64,000 bases of DNA from a virus, in IMG/VR virus record IMGVR_UViG_3300024289_000019, positions 48,302 to 112,301 of that record. One strand, written 5' to 3'. A program made the translations under genes and the position numbers. Positions 1-10,192 of this stretch are shown piece by piece. Numbering within the stretch: position 1 is the stretch's first letter; each line of letters starts with the position of its first letter. The notes under the pieces were generated by a model. That model saw nothing but the letters and a program-made list of their open reading frames with translations. It had not been told where the DNA came from and searched no databases.

Positions 1-1668
1 ACTCGTGAAGATCCAAAAGATAAGGTATCTGGAAGAATTCCAGTGGTTGGTTATGAAATGGAAACCGTTGCAGACATAGGTTTGATTAAGATGGATGCTC
101 TTGGACTCAAGGCATTGTCTATTCTCTCAGACACTTTGTCATCAATTAAAGATAGATACGATAAAGACATTGTTCTTTCTGATTTAGACTTAGAAGATAA
201 AAAGGTTTATGAAAGTTTAAACCAAGGCTACACCAAAGGCATATTTCAGGCTGAAGCAACTCCGTATACAAACCTTCTAATTAAAATGGGCATAGATAAG
301 TTTGAGGATTTGGTAGCTTCAAATGCTTTGGTTAGACCTGGTGCAATGAATACTGTTGGAGCTTCCTATATTAACAGAAAAAACGGTAAAGAAGCAGTTG
401 AATATACGCATCCAATACTAGAGCCTTTTACAAAAAATACCTACGGTGTTATTATATATCAAGAGCAAGTTATGCAGGCTTGCGTACATTTGGGAGGCAT
501 GACTTGGTCTGAGGCTGATAAAGTTCGTAAGATCATTGGTAAGAAAAAAGATGCAAAAGAATTTGACCAATTCAAGGATAAGTTTGTTACTGGGGCTTCA
601 AAACACATTTCTAAGAAACAGGCAGAGGAACTCTGGCATACTTTTGAGGCTCATGCTGGCTATTCCTTTAATCGTTCTCACGCTGTTGCTTATTCCATGG
701 TATCTTATTACACTGCTTGGCTTAAGACTTACTATCCCCTTGAGTTTATGTTTGCGGTTCTTAAAAACGAAACTGATAAAGATGCTAGGACGGAATATTT
801 AATTGAGTCTAAAAGATTAGGCTTAAAGGTATTGTTGCCACATATTAACGAATCGGAAGTTGATTTTTGTTTGCAAAAAGACTCTATGCGATTTGGACTA
901 GCAGACATTAAATATATTTCAAATAATATTGCTAATAAGATTATAAAACATCGTCCATACATGAATTATGCAGATTTTACTCAAAAAGCTGCAATGAAGA
1001 ACAGTGGAATTAATAGTCGTGCAATTTCAGCATTAAATTCAATTGGTGGCGCTGCATTTAAAGATAATGAGCGTAGAGGAAATGAACAAGAAAACTTTTA
1101 TGAATATCTAGGTATTCCTCAGTTTAATCTGCAAGATTTACCTCCAAGAATTAAAGCTCAAGCAAAACCAATAGAGGATTTTGATGACCTAGGTTCTTTT
1201 GTAATGTTTGGTATGGTTAAAAACATTAAGCGTGGCACTGGCTGGGCTAGAGTTGAACTAGTAGATGAAACTGGTTCTATTGGGTTATTTCATAACGAAC
1301 AAACGCAAATAGAGACTGGACAGATGTACTTTGTGCTTGTTGGAGACAATCGCATTGCTAGATACGTAAAGGTTTCAGAAATAAATAAAGAAAATGACGA
1401 CGTATTTGTTGACTATTTGTATAGAAAAGAGTACGAAGATTTAGATGAAGACAAGTATCTGGTATTAAATTTTACTCCATATAAGACAAAGGCTGGGAAA
1501 ATGATGGCCCACATTGTTTTAACAAATAAAAATAAAGAGTTAAAAAGAGCTATTGTTTTCTCTACTATGTATAAAATTGCTTTGGCAAAAATGAGAGAGG
1601 GAATGGTATGCGACGTTGTTATCAATAAACTTGACGATGGAACACTAATGATAAAGGAAATAAAATGA
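1..1668 (+). CDS. dnaE: DNA polymerase III alpha subunit, C-terminal part (5' truncated by window edge)
   Basis: GLIKMDALGL, GIFQAE, RPG, YQEQVMQ, GYSFNRSHAVAYS motifs and OB fold; frame open from base 1. Confidence 0.96.
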   Translation, partial: TREDPKDKVSGRIPVVGYEMETVADIGLIKMDALGLKALSILSDTLSSIKDRYDKDIVLSDLDLEDKKVYESLNQGYTKGIFQAEATPYTNLLIKMGIDKFEDLVASNALVRPGAMNTVGASYINRKNGKEAVEYTHPILEPFTKNTYGVIIYQEQVMQACVHLGGMTWSEADKVRKIIGKKKDAKEFDQFKDKFVTGASKHISKKQAEELWHTFEAHAGYSFNRSHAVAYSMVSYYTAWLKTYYPLEFMFAVLKNETDKDARTEYLIESKRLGLKVLLPHINESEVDFCLQKDSMRFGLADIKYISNNIANKIIKHRPYMNYADFTQKAAMKNSGINSRAISALNSIGGAAFKDNERRGNEQENFYEYLGIPQFNLQDLPPRIKAQAKPIEDFDDLGSFVMFGMVKNIKRGTGWARVELVDETGSIGLFHNEQTQIETGQMYFVLVGDNRIARYVKVSEINKENDDVFVDYLYRKEYEDLDEDKYLVLNFTPYKTKAGKMMAHIVLTNKNKELKRAIVFSTMYKIALAKMREGMVCDVVINKLDDGTLMIKEIK

Positions 1669-1913
1669 TAGAAGTTATATTAACAGAGGATGAGGCAAAA
1701 GATCTAGAAGATACACTGATTCATCACATGGAGCAGTGCTATAACACTCTTTATGATTTAGAAGGAGTAGAAGAAAATTTTGAGCCGTATAATCCCTTTG
1801 ACGGTTGCTCAAATTGTGAAACAAGAGAATTTTTGATGAAAACTGTAGAATGGTTTAGAAATAACAAAGACCTAGCAATTTGGGTCGGAGAAAAGGAAAT
1901 AAAGCATGACTGA
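1665..1913 (+). CDS. hypothetical protein (CxxC)
   Basis: ATGA coupling to dnaE, RBS. Confidence 0.7.
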   Translation: MIEVILTEDEAKDLEDTLIHHMEQCYNTLYDLEGVEENFEPYNPFDGCSNCETREFLMKTVEWFRNNKDLAIWVGEKEIKHD

Positions 1914-2106
1914 AACAACAGAAATGTCGCAAGAGATAAACGTAACTAGCCTTCTCGTGGCTATATTAAAAACACTTAAGTCTGTAGAAGTTTCTTCAGA
2001 ACTGATTTTAAATCCAGCAAATGAAGATACTGGCTTAATGGTTACATACAATGAAGAAAATAGAACTTTTATTATATCGCTAGGAGAGATAAATGGGAGT
2101 AATTAA
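1906..2106 (+). CDS. hypothetical protein
   Basis: coupled ORF with AAGGA RBS. Confidence 0.65.
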   Translation: MTETTEMSQEINVTSLLVAILKTLKSVEVSSELILNPANEDTGLMVTYNEENRTFIISLGEINGSN

Positions 2107-2497
2107 GACAGATAATTTTAGAACACCACCAAATACAGAAAAAACTACTCAAACTGCATCAAGTGTGCTTTTAGATTATGGTTTAGATGCATTATCTGCA
2201 ATTTTGCATGAATCTGCAGTAGAAAAAGGTTTTTGGGATGGAGAATATGATTATGATAAGTTTGGAAATAAATTAGCATTAATTCATTCAGAAGTAACAG
2301 AAATGCTTGAGGCTATCAGAAAACAAAAGGGTAGCCGTGAAATTACTGAAGAAGCAGCCGATATTCTAATTAGACTTTTAGATCTATATGCGGCTCTAAG
2401 AAATGCTGGATTAATTGAAGATTCACTAGACGATATATTAGACTATAAAGTTGATAAAAATAGAGGTCGTCCAAGACTTCACGGCAATTTATTTTAA
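2093..2497 (+). CDS. MazG-like nucleotide pyrophosphohydrolase
   Basis: LALIHSEVTEMLEA...EEAADILIRLLD and KNRGRP motifs. Confidence 0.85.
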   Translation: MGVIKTDNFRTPPNTEKTTQTASSVLLDYGLDALSAILHESAVEKGFWDGEYDYDKFGNKLALIHSEVTEMLEAIRKQKGSREITEEAADILIRLLDLYAALRNAGLIEDSLDDILDYKVDKNRGRPRLHGNLF

Positions 2498-2530
2498 TGC
2501 TATACTATGTAAACAAAAGAAGGAAAATCA

Positions 2531-3529
2531 ATGGATATAGAAGAAATTTTAGCGGGACTGGATCCCAAAACTCGTAAAAGAGTTCAAATAGCAGTAGAAG
2601 TAGAAAATCATAAACAAAAAACTCCTAGCATAGGCCTATCGCTTGCGCTTAAAGGTGGATTTGGTTATGGCAGACAAGTCCTTGTATGGGGAAATAAATC
2701 TGCAGGAAAGTCTTCATTTTGTTTACAAATGATTGGTATGGCACAAAAAGAAGGAAAAACTTGTGCATGGATTGATTCTGAAGAGTCTTATGACCCACAG
2801 TGGGCAGAAAAACTAGGAGTTGATTCATCAAAGCTTATATATTCTACAGCTAAATCTGTAAACGATATGGTAGATGTTGCTACTCAATTAATGAATGCTA
2901 ATGTGGATGTTATAGTAGTAGACTCAATATCAGCGTTGCTACCAGCCATTTACTTTGAAAAAGATAGCGATGAATTGAAAAAGCTTGAAGATACTAAGCA
3001 AATTGGTGCTGAGGCAAAAGACATGACTCATGCAGTCAAAATGCTTAATTACGCAAATAAAAACACGCTGCTTGTTCTTATATCACAACAGCGTAATCAA
3101 TTTGGAAGTATGCATGCTTCACACATTCCAACTGGTGGAATGGCAGTCAAGTTCTTTTCTTCAACAGTTGTAAAGCTTTGGTCTTCTGAAGCTGAGGCTA
3201 ATGCTATCAAGTCTGGGGTTAAGGTTGGAGATAAAATTATTGAGCAAAGAGTAGGCAGACCAGTTAATTGGATTATTGACTATAATAAACAAGGTCCTCC
3301 AAATCTTTCTGGTCAATACGATTTTTACTTCCAGGGAGACGTACTTGGTATAGATCAAGTTGGAGAAACTTTAGACGTTGCAGAAATGTATGGCATCATA
3401 GAAAAAGGCGGAGCATGGTATACAATTGGAAAAGAACGTTTTCAAGGTAGAGCAAAAGCAGTCGAATATTTAAAGTCTAATCCAGATGTAGTTTCTGAGT
3501 TACAGGAGAAAATATATGCCAGATCTTAA
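2531..3529 (+). CDS. recA: RecA-like recombinase
   Basis: Walker A GNKSAGKS, WIDSE, IVVDSISAL, GGMAVKFFSS, KGGAWY..ERFQG. Confidence 0.95.
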   Translation: MDIEEILAGLDPKTRKRVQIAVEVENHKQKTPSIGLSLALKGGFGYGRQVLVWGNKSAGKSSFCLQMIGMAQKEGKTCAWIDSEESYDPQWAEKLGVDSSKLIYSTAKSVNDMVDVATQLMNANVDVIVVDSISALLPAIYFEKDSDELKKLEDTKQIGAEAKDMTHAVKMLNYANKNTLLVLISQQRNQFGSMHASHIPTGGMAVKFFSSTVVKLWSSEAEANAIKSGVKVGDKIIEQRVGRPVNWIIDYNKQGPPNLSGQYDFYFQGDVLGIDQVGETLDVAEMYGIIEKGGAWYTIGKERFQGRAKAVEYLKSNPDVVSELQEKIYARS

Positions 3530-3719
3530 TGATTTTTTAAATAATCAAAAAGAAGAAGTTGTTGAAAATTACATTGATTCTGATATTCCAACTATGGGTG
3601 GTTCTTTTATGTGCCAAGAGTGTGGAACTGAGGTTAATAATGCATTCTTTAGACACAAGGAGGAAAGACTTACTTGGACATGTCCAATTGGTCATGTTTC
3701 ATCAGTCCCATTTAAATAA
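3516..3719 (+). CDS. small Zn-ribbon protein
   Basis: CQEC...CPIGH. Confidence 0.65.
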   Translation: MPDLNDFLNNQKEEVVENYIDSDIPTMGGSFMCQECGTEVNNAFFRHKEERLTWTCPIGHVSSVPFK

Positions 3720-4027
3720 TGTCGGAAATATCGGAAGCAAAAAGAGACGGCGCAAGACAACATAAAAACAGCGGACGTGGTAATTATCAGAAGGGTGACG
3801 CTACGTGGAAAGATTTCGTGGTGGATTATAAAGAGTACGAAAAATCAATCTCTATTTCGCAAGATATCTGGGCTAAGATTTGTACAGACACTTTTAAAGT
3901 TAGTAGGGATAAATATCCAGTACTTAAACTCATCCTTGGCGGAGCTAGTAGCAAAACAAGGTTGGCGGTAATAGAATGGTCTTTGTTAGAACAATTAGTA
4001 GAAGAATGGGAGAAACGAAATGTCTAG
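3719..4027 (+). CDS. Holliday-junction-resolvase-like PD-(D/E)XK protein
   Basis: NSGRG..KGDA...VDYKE pattern; next to recA. Confidence 0.7.
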   Translation: MSEISEAKRDGARQHKNSGRGNYQKGDATWKDFVVDYKEYEKSISISQDIWAKICTDTFKVSRDKYPVLKLILGGASSKTRLAVIEWSLLEQLVEEWEKRNV

Positions 4028-4160
4028 CGGACAATATAAACCACATTATGGATTTAATAGTGTTCAAATTAAAAATGGAAGAATTGTAAGAATGAGAAAA
4101 GATGGAACAATCAAGGCGGATCTTGGTCCATATCCTAAAGAGAAAAGAGATAAAAAGTGA
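4020..4160 (+). CDS. small hypothetical protein (46 aa, not in ORF track)
   Basis: MSSGQYKPHYGFNSVQIKNGRIVRMRKDGT..., GGAG RBS, overlaps both neighbours. Confidence 0.6.
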   Translation: MSSGQYKPHYGFNSVQIKNGRIVRMRKDGTIKADLGPYPKEKRDKK

Positions 4161-4315
4161 GAGATGTTTTGTTGACCACTCTTGTTGGAGCAGTTGTTGG
4201 CGCAGTATTCAGTGCATTTAAATTGCCAATTCCTGCCCCGCCAGTATTTGCAGGACTAATGGGAATTGTTGGTTTGTGGATTGGATACGCTTTAATTACT
4301 AAGGTATTGGCATGA
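4157..4315 (+). CDS. XapX/DUF1427-like small membrane protein (52 aa, not in ORF track)
   Basis: GTG start; FSAFKLPIPAPPVFAGLMGIVGLWIGY signature. Confidence 0.75.
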   Translation: MRDVLLTTLVGAVVGAVFSAFKLPIPAPPVFAGLMGIVGLWIGYALITKVLA

Positions 4316-4399
4316 TTCAATTTTTGTTTGGCGTAATGCTTGGGTTTATTGTAGGATACCCCATGGGACTTTGGGCAATAGGATATACAAGGAGATTTA

Positions 4400-4735
4400 A
4401 TGAGCGACAAAAGTAGTCTGGAATTAATTAGTGATATAACAGAGTTTAACGATCTTCATGACTTTATGAAGGACGAACAACTTGATAGGGCCATGGCAGT
4501 AATAATTAATATTATTGCTAAGCCAGATATTCCTGCAGCAAAAGCACATTTATTGATTGTTGAGTTGCAGGGTATCTCTGCAAAATTCGGTGTTCTTGCA
4601 GCATACTACACAACAATAGCTAAAGACAAAGCTGGCACTATCAACAATAATAAAAAAAATATTTATTATTCAGTAAAGGAGTCGATAGACAAACTTGTAG
4701 ACGCTCTCAAGTATGTTGTTCGTTATAATGGCTAG
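4400..4735 (+). CDS. hypothetical protein
   Basis: AGGAG RBS, helical 111 aa ORF in operon. Confidence 0.75.
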   Translation: MSDKSSLELISDITEFNDLHDFMKDEQLDRAMAVIINIIAKPDIPAAKAHLLIVELQGISAKFGVLAAYYTTIAKDKAGTINNNKKNIYYSVKESIDKLVDALKYVVRYNG

Positions 4736-5522
4736 AGAAATAGTTAAAAATCTTAAATTTAAAAAATATGAAGGAAGCTTTGACGTTCAAGAGTTTTCCA
4801 GTCTTTTAGACGAGGCGTACCTTTCTACTAAACGACCAGATGGAGAGATGACAAAAAAATCTTTTAGCCCAAGCTCATTTGGTTATGGTCAAGGGAACTG
4901 TCCTAGGTATTGGTATATGGCTTTTAGTGGGGCTTATTTTATAGACAATAATGATGCTCAAGCCGTTGCAAATATGTCTCAAGGAACTCAAGCACACGAA
5001 AGATTGCAAAAATTAATATCTAGTCAATCTAGCGATTTATTTAAATCTACTAAAATAAACTCAGTTAGTACTGAAATTGAGATTACTAACGAGTATCCAC
5101 CAATTAGAGGTTTTATAGATCTATCAATTGATTGGGATGGCACACCAGTATTGGGAGAAATTAAAACAGCAAAACAAGAAGTCTGGGATACTAGACAGGC
5201 AGAAATGTCAGCATCATCCAATCACATTTTACAACTCCTTACATATATGAAATTAAAAAATGTTAAAGAGGGCTTCTTCTTGTATGAAAATAAAAATACG
5301 CAAGAGATTCTTATAATTCCAATTTATATGACACCAAAAAATGAAAAATTAATTGATGATTTATTTAATTGGCTATGCAAAGTTTATGACAATTTTAAAG
5401 CAGGATTACTCCCAGAAAGACCTTTTCAAAAGACATCCTATGCTTGCAAAAACTGCCCTATTAGAAAAGAATGCTGGAAAGGCAAAGACGGAGATGTTGT
5501 GATAGAGGCATATCAAACATGA
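4728..5522 (+). CDS. Cas4-like PD-(D/E)XK exonuclease with 4-Cys cluster
   Basis: CPRYWY, GTQAHE, GFIDL, EIKT, QLLTYM, CKNCPIRKEC. Confidence 0.85.
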   Translation: MAREIVKNLKFKKYEGSFDVQEFSSLLDEAYLSTKRPDGEMTKKSFSPSSFGYGQGNCPRYWYMAFSGAYFIDNNDAQAVANMSQGTQAHERLQKLISSQSSDLFKSTKINSVSTEIEITNEYPPIRGFIDLSIDWDGTPVLGEIKTAKQEVWDTRQAEMSASSNHILQLLTYMKLKNVKEGFFLYENKNTQEILIIPIYMTPKNEKLIDDLFNWLCKVYDNFKAGLLPERPFQKTSYACKNCPIRKECWKGKDGDVVIEAYQT

Positions 5523-5794
5523 TATGTTCAAATAAAGATTGCAAAAAAGAGTTCGAGAAGAAAACTCATAATCAAAAATATTGCTCTGATGAATGTTGTA
5601 GGGTTGCTACTAATAAACGAATCATGGAAAAATATTATGAGAAAAAAGCAATCCGAAATGGTGCTGTAAGGCTATGTAAATGTGGCAATAGGCTTAGTAG
5701 ATATACAGAAAAAACAGTATGTGTCATGTGTGTTGCTAAAAGTAAAAAAGAAACCAGGAAAAAATTAAAGGAAATGATTGATGGGATTAGCTGA
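5519..5794 (+). CDS. Cys-rich Zn-finger protein
   Basis: CSNKDC..YCSDECC..CKCG..CVMC; ATGA coupling. Confidence 0.7.
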   Translation: MICSNKDCKKEFEKKTHNQKYCSDECCRVATNKRIMEKYYEKKAIRNGAVRLCKCGNRLSRYTEKTVCVMCVAKSKKETRKKLKEMIDGIS

Positions 5795-6347
5795 TCTAGT
5801 AAAAACAAAAGCTCATAGAGTTTTAGGTATAGATGCCTCAACAAACTCTGTGGCTTTCTGTTTAATGGAAAATGATATTCCAATTAAGTGGGGAAAAATT
5901 GAATTTACTGGATCAGATATATATGAAAAAATATATGACGCAAAAATTAAAACCCATGCAATGCTTAATGAATTAAAGGCAGATTATATTGTTGTAGAGG
6001 GGGCAGTGTTTGTCAAATCCCCAGATGCTGTGATAAAATTGTCCTATGTATATGGTGTCATCATTGCTGAGCTTATGTCTACTGGGGCTAGTGTTATTAC
6101 TATATCTCCTACATCTTGGCAGGCTTATATTGGAAATAAAAACCCAACAAAGCTGGAGAAAGACAAACTTAGGTTTGAAAATCCAGGACATGCTGACTCT
6201 TGGTACAAAGCAAAAATGCGGGAGATCAGAAAGCAAAGGACTGTAGATTATTTTAATAAAAAGTATAACTTACAGTTAGACGATTTTGACGTAGCAGATG
6301 CATTCGGCATCGCTCATTATTCGAATACGGTGTTAACACAAAGATGA
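5778..6347 (+). CDS. RuvC-like resolvase
   Basis: VLGIDAST, IVVEG, DVADAFGIA. Confidence 0.85.
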   Translation: MMGLADLVKTKAHRVLGIDASTNSVAFCLMENDIPIKWGKIEFTGSDIYEKIYDAKIKTHAMLNELKADYIVVEGAVFVKSPDAVIKLSYVYGVIIAELMSTGASVITISPTSWQAYIGNKNPTKLEKDKLRFENPGHADSWYKAKMREIRKQRTVDYFNKKYNLQLDDFDVADAFGIAHYSNTVLTQR

Positions 6348-6490
6348 AATTGTATCAAAGCCAGACATGGTTATATAGAAGATATGTAGTTCAGAAAAAA
6401 ACTGTTACGGAAATTGCTGATGAGTGTAAAGTTTCAGCAATGACTATACAGAGATATTTAGAAAAATTTGGAATGATAAAGAGGAGATAG
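6344..6490 (+). CDS. small HTH DNA-binding protein (48 aa, not in ORF track)
   Basis: KTVTEIADECKVSAMTIQRYLEKFG. Confidence 0.7.
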   Translation: MKLYQSQTWLYRRYVVQKKTVTEIADECKVSAMTIQRYLEKFGMIKRR

Positions 6491-6491
6491 T

Positions 6492-6815
6492 ATGCTAGAG
6501 CCAGTATTTGCAGACATGAAGGAATTTAAGTGTGACGACCTTTATTTATTAACTGTTGGAACGGAAGCGGGTAGAGAAATTTATAATGCTTGCCACGAAA
6601 TTGCTCACATGCTAATTAAAAAGAACATTGCTTATGGCAACTCCGCCCTTGACCCAGTTAGAGTATTTTCAAAAGCGGGGCCACGAGAGCAGTTATATGT
6701 TCGTATTGATGATAAATTAAATAGGTTAATGAAGGGTACAGAATACCCAGGCGACAACGATATTGATGATTTGATTGGATATCTAATTCTGCTAAAAATA
6801 GCTAAATCGATTTGA
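6492..6815 (+). CDS. nucleotide-modification-associated domain protein (Nmad1/DUF1599-like)
   Basis: KKNIAYGNS...VRIDDKLNRL...DLIGYLIL. Confidence 0.7.
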   Translation: MLEPVFADMKEFKCDDLYLLTVGTEAGREIYNACHEIAHMLIKKNIAYGNSALDPVRVFSKAGPREQLYVRIDDKLNRLMKGTEYPGDNDIDDLIGYLILLKIAKSI

Positions 6816-6846
6816 TTTTTTAGTCGACTAAGATTATAATATTAAT

Positions 6847-7386
6847 ATGGAAATAGAATTAGCAGACCATTTTGATAAAATGAACAAGGTGGTTTCAGAA
6901 CTACTAAAGGGTAATAACCCAACTCAAATTGCTACAATAACTGGATACAAAAGAGCAGAAGTACTGGACTTAATAGACGAATGGAAGAGCGTTGTCCATA
7001 ACGACTCAAGCGCAAGAGAACGTGCTAAAGAGGCTGTCTCTGGTGCTGATCAACATTATGCAATGCTTATTAAAGAGGCATGGAGCACTGTAGAGGCTGC
7101 CGATGCTCAAGGTCAACTTAATGTTAAGGCTAATACATTAAAGCTAATTGCTGATATTGAAACAAAAAGAATTGGCATGCTTCAGCAGGTAGGGCTATTA
7201 GACAATGCAGAGTTGGCAAATCAAATTGCAGAAACTGAAAAGAAACAAGAAATTCTTGTAGGCATATTAAAAGAAGTTACTGCTGGTTGTCCAAAATGTA
7301 AACTAGATGTTGCAAAAAGATTGTCGCAGATTACTGGAGTGGTAGAACCAGTTGTAATTGATACAGAGGAAGCAAGTGGATCTTAA
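6847..7386 (+). CDS. probable terminase small subunit
   Basis: N-terminal HTH, helical, directly upstream of large subunit; TTGATT-N17-TATAAT promoter. Confidence 0.55.
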   Translation: MEIELADHFDKMNKVVSELLKGNNPTQIATITGYKRAEVLDLIDEWKSVVHNDSSARERAKEAVSGADQHYAMLIKEAWSTVEAADAQGQLNVKANTLKLIADIETKRIGMLQQVGLLDNAELANQIAETEKKQEILVGILKEVTAGCPKCKLDVAKRLSQITGVVEPVVIDTEEASGS

Positions 7387-9172
7387 TTTTAATGATCTTA
7401 TTGATATCCTAGACGGAGAGGAATTTGATGAAAGACCAGTCGATTTACGAACATTCGTTACAAGCCAAGATTTCCTTGGACTCCCTGAACTTTCGGAGTA
7501 CCAGTATACACTCATTGAGAAGAGCAGCCAGATCTACAAAGAATCCACACTTATCAAACTATTTGGACAAGAAGAAGGAACCCGCAGATACAAGCAAACT
7601 TGCAATGAAGTAATTGCACAATTGGGCAAGGGTAGTGGTAAAGATTATTGCTCAACAATATCTGTAGCGTATATAGTTTATTTACTATTATGCTTAAAAG
7701 ATCCAGCAACATATTATGGAAAACCAGCTGGAGACTCAATTGATATTATTAATATTGCTATTAACGCACAGCAAGCAAACAATGTTTTCTTCAAGGGATT
7801 TAGAACTAGAATTACTAGATGCGGGTGGTTTGCTGGGAAATATACAGAAAAAGCTTCCGAAATAAAATTTGATAAAAATGTAAATGTTTATTCTGGCCAT
7901 TCAGAGAGAGAAGCATTTGAAGGATATAACGTTATAGTTGTTGTTCTAGACGAGATAGCAGGCTTTGCGGTAGAAAATACAACTGGACACGATCAGGCTA
8001 AAACAGCAGATGCAATATATGAAATGTATAGAGGATCAGTTGACTCTCGTTTTCCAGATTATGGAAAAGTAATTCTTTTGTCTTTTCCAAGATTTAAGGG
8101 TGATCCAATTCAAAAGTTCTACGATCAAGCAATTGCTGAAAAAACTGTAACAATAAGAAAACATAAGTTTAAAATAGACCAAGACCTTCCAGATGGAATT
8201 ACTGGCAATGAATTTGAAATAGAATGGGAAGAAGACAATATAATTTCTTATAGAGTGCCTAAAGTATATGCTTTAAAAAGACCAACTTGGGAAATTAATC
8301 CAACAAGATCTTTAGAAGATTTTAAAATTCCTTTTTACAAAAATGCTTTAGACGCACTAGGGAGATTTGCATGTATGCCGCCAGAAATGGTTGATGCATT
8401 TTTTAAGTCTAGAGAAAAAGTAGAAAAAGCTTTCAACAAGGCACACCTTGCTGTGGATGGATTTGGAAGGATCGAAGAGTGGTTTATACCAGATCCAGAC
8501 AAAGATTATTTCATACACGTAGACCTTGCACAAAAACATGACCATTGCGCTGTTGCAATGTCTCATGTTAATAAATGGGTTAACGTAAAGGTTACAGATA
8601 ATTATTCTCAGCCAGCACCAGTAATTGAAGTTGATGCAATTAGATATTGGACGCCTACACCAGATAAGTCTGTAGATTTTACTGAGGTAAAAGATTTTAT
8701 ATTGGCTTTAAAAACTCGTGGATTTAAAATTCGTGTGTGCACATTTGATAGATGGAACTCTCATGACATGATGCAACAGTTAAAAACTTATGGCATCAAT
8801 ACAGAAATATTATCTGTTGCCAAAAAACATTATGACGATATGGCTATGGTAGTTTTAGAAGAAAGATTAAATGGTCCGCACATCCCTTTACTCATTGATG
8901 AATTATTACAGTTAAAAATTATGAGAGATAAAGTTGACCATCCAAGAAAAGGTTCTAAGGACTTGGCGGATGCTGTATGTGGATCAATATTTAATTGTAT
9001 AAGCATGAGCAGATTTGACACCAATCAAGAAGTAGAAATTCACACATACGAATCAATGAATTATAAAGCTGACTTTGGAGAAGAAAAAGAGGAATCTATT
9101 AATCTTATTAAGCCTCCAAAAGCAATGCCAAATGACTTACAAGACGCTATAGGAAGAATGATGGTTTTATGA
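7358..9172 (+). CDS. terL: terminase large subunit (likely GTG start at 7376)
   Basis: GKGSGKD Walker A, VVLDE Walker B, HVDLA nuclease, DHP..GSKDLADA. Confidence 0.9.
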   Translation: MIQRKQVDLNFNDLIDILDGEEFDERPVDLRTFVTSQDFLGLPELSEYQYTLIEKSSQIYKESTLIKLFGQEEGTRRYKQTCNEVIAQLGKGSGKDYCSTISVAYIVYLLLCLKDPATYYGKPAGDSIDIINIAINAQQANNVFFKGFRTRITRCGWFAGKYTEKASEIKFDKNVNVYSGHSEREAFEGYNVIVVVLDEIAGFAVENTTGHDQAKTADAIYEMYRGSVDSRFPDYGKVILLSFPRFKGDPIQKFYDQAIAEKTVTIRKHKFKIDQDLPDGITGNEFEIEWEEDNIISYRVPKVYALKRPTWEINPTRSLEDFKIPFYKNALDALGRFACMPPEMVDAFFKSREKVEKAFNKAHLAVDGFGRIEEWFIPDPDKDYFIHVDLAQKHDHCAVAMSHVNKWVNVKVTDNYSQPAPVIEVDAIRYWTPTPDKSVDFTEVKDFILALKTRGFKIRVCTFDRWNSHDMMQQLKTYGINTEILSVAKKHYDDMAMVVLEERLNGPHIPLLIDELLQLKIMRDKVDHPRKGSKDLADAVCGSIFNCISMSRFDTNQEVEIHTYESMNYKADFGEEKEESINLIKPPKAMPNDLQDAIGRMMVL

Positions 9173-9420
9173 CAAATATATATCAAGAGAGAGCAAAAGA
9201 GTGTAAATGTTGTGGAAAACATGTGCCACTACCAACTGTTTTACGTGAATATAATGGAGTAATGATGTGCCCAACTACCTATGCAAACGTTTTGGAGTAT
9301 ACTAGGATATGGAAGCAAATAGGTTCTAGACCAGCTGGGAGTATTAGAAAACATTTTTCTGAATATGTCCAACAAGTTGTTGAAACAACTATTGACATAT
9401 CTGATCAGACAAAGATATAA
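9169..9420 (+). CDS. hypothetical Zn-binding protein
   Basis: CKCC..CPT; coupled to terL. Confidence 0.65.
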   Translation: MTNIYQERAKECKCCGKHVPLPTVLREYNGVMMCPTTYANVLEYTRIWKQIGSRPAGSIRKHFSEYVQQVVETTIDISDQTKI

Positions 9421-9429
9421 TATTCCAAC

Positions 9430-9503
9430 GTGGCAGTAGCTTAGTTGGTTAGAGCCCCGAACTCATAATTCGGTAGTCGTAGGTTCGAGTCCTACCTGCC
9501 GCA
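9430..9503 (+). tRNA. tRNA with CAT anticodon (elongator Met; Ile2 not excluded)
   Basis: acceptor GTGGCAG/CTGCCGC, anticodon arm CCGAA-CTCATAA-TTCGG, T loop TTCGAGT. Confidence 0.92.
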
Positions 9504-9516
9504 CAAGGAGAAAGAA

Positions 9517-9825
9517 GTGGAAAACATGAATAACATGGAACACTATATTGAAATAGGCGCTATTGAAATAGAGGGCGTTGATGAAACTGGTGAATTAGTT
9601 CTTTCAATTAGTGAAAGGGCAAAAGATATTGCTCCAGAACTATGGGCTGCTCATGTTCAACATATTGACGAAACTCTTCTTGAGCTGTATAAGTCTGGTT
9701 ACATGGATGTAGAATACGATGAAGATCTTGAACCAAACTTTAAATTAAGTGATGAAGGAATAAAAATTGCAAAAGAAATGGGGTTAATTCCTATGGATAA
9801 ACAAAGGAATATCCCAAATAATTAG
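9517..9825 (+). CDS. hypothetical protein
   Basis: AGGAG RBS, acidic 102 aa ORF. Confidence 0.7.
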   Translation: MENMNNMEHYIEIGAIEIEGVDETGELVLSISERAKDIAPELWAAHVQHIDETLLELYKSGYMDVEYDEDLEPNFKLSDEGIKIAKEMGLIPMDKQRNIPNN

Positions 9826-9833
9826 GAGGAATT

Positions 9834-10079
9834 ATGCCTTGGAAAGTTGAAAAAGGTGCAGCAGGTTGTAATGGGTATGCAGTAGTAAAAGAAGATACTG
9901 GTGAGCTTGTTGGGTGTCATCCAACAAAAACAGCAGCAACAGCACATCTAAAAGCTTTATATGCAAATGAGGTAGAAAAGGCAAACCCTTGTTGGGACGG
10001 GTATGAAATGATTGGGTGGAAAACCCAAAATGGAAAAAGAGTTCCAAACTGTGTAAAAACAAAAAAAGTTTTTTCATAA
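9834..10079 (+). CDS. hypothetical phage protein with CWDGY..VPNCV motif
   Basis: AGGAGG RBS. Confidence 0.7.
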   Translation: MPWKVEKGAAGCNGYAVVKEDTGELVGCHPTKTAATAHLKALYANEVEKANPCWDGYEMIGWKTQNGKRVPNCVKTKKVFS

Positions 10080-10160
10080 TTGATTTAGTAATATAATTAT
10101 CCTGTAGGCGCTAACCCCCCTACGCATTCGGGCTCGCTACCTTGGGATGATTATGGTTAC

Positions 10161-10191
10161 GTAAAGGCTAACTTCGGTTAGCCTTTACTTA
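10161..10191 (+). terminator. terminator-like hairpin
   Basis: perfect 12-bp stem GTAAAGGCTAAC-TTCG-GTTAGCCTTTAC. Confidence 0.7.
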
Positions 10192-10192
10192 T

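Noticed and set aside
4728-5522. Cas4-like gene as part of a CRISPR-Cas system
   Set aside because: No cas1/cas2 and no repeat-spacer array seen; stand-alone Cas4-like nucleases are common in phage recombination modules.
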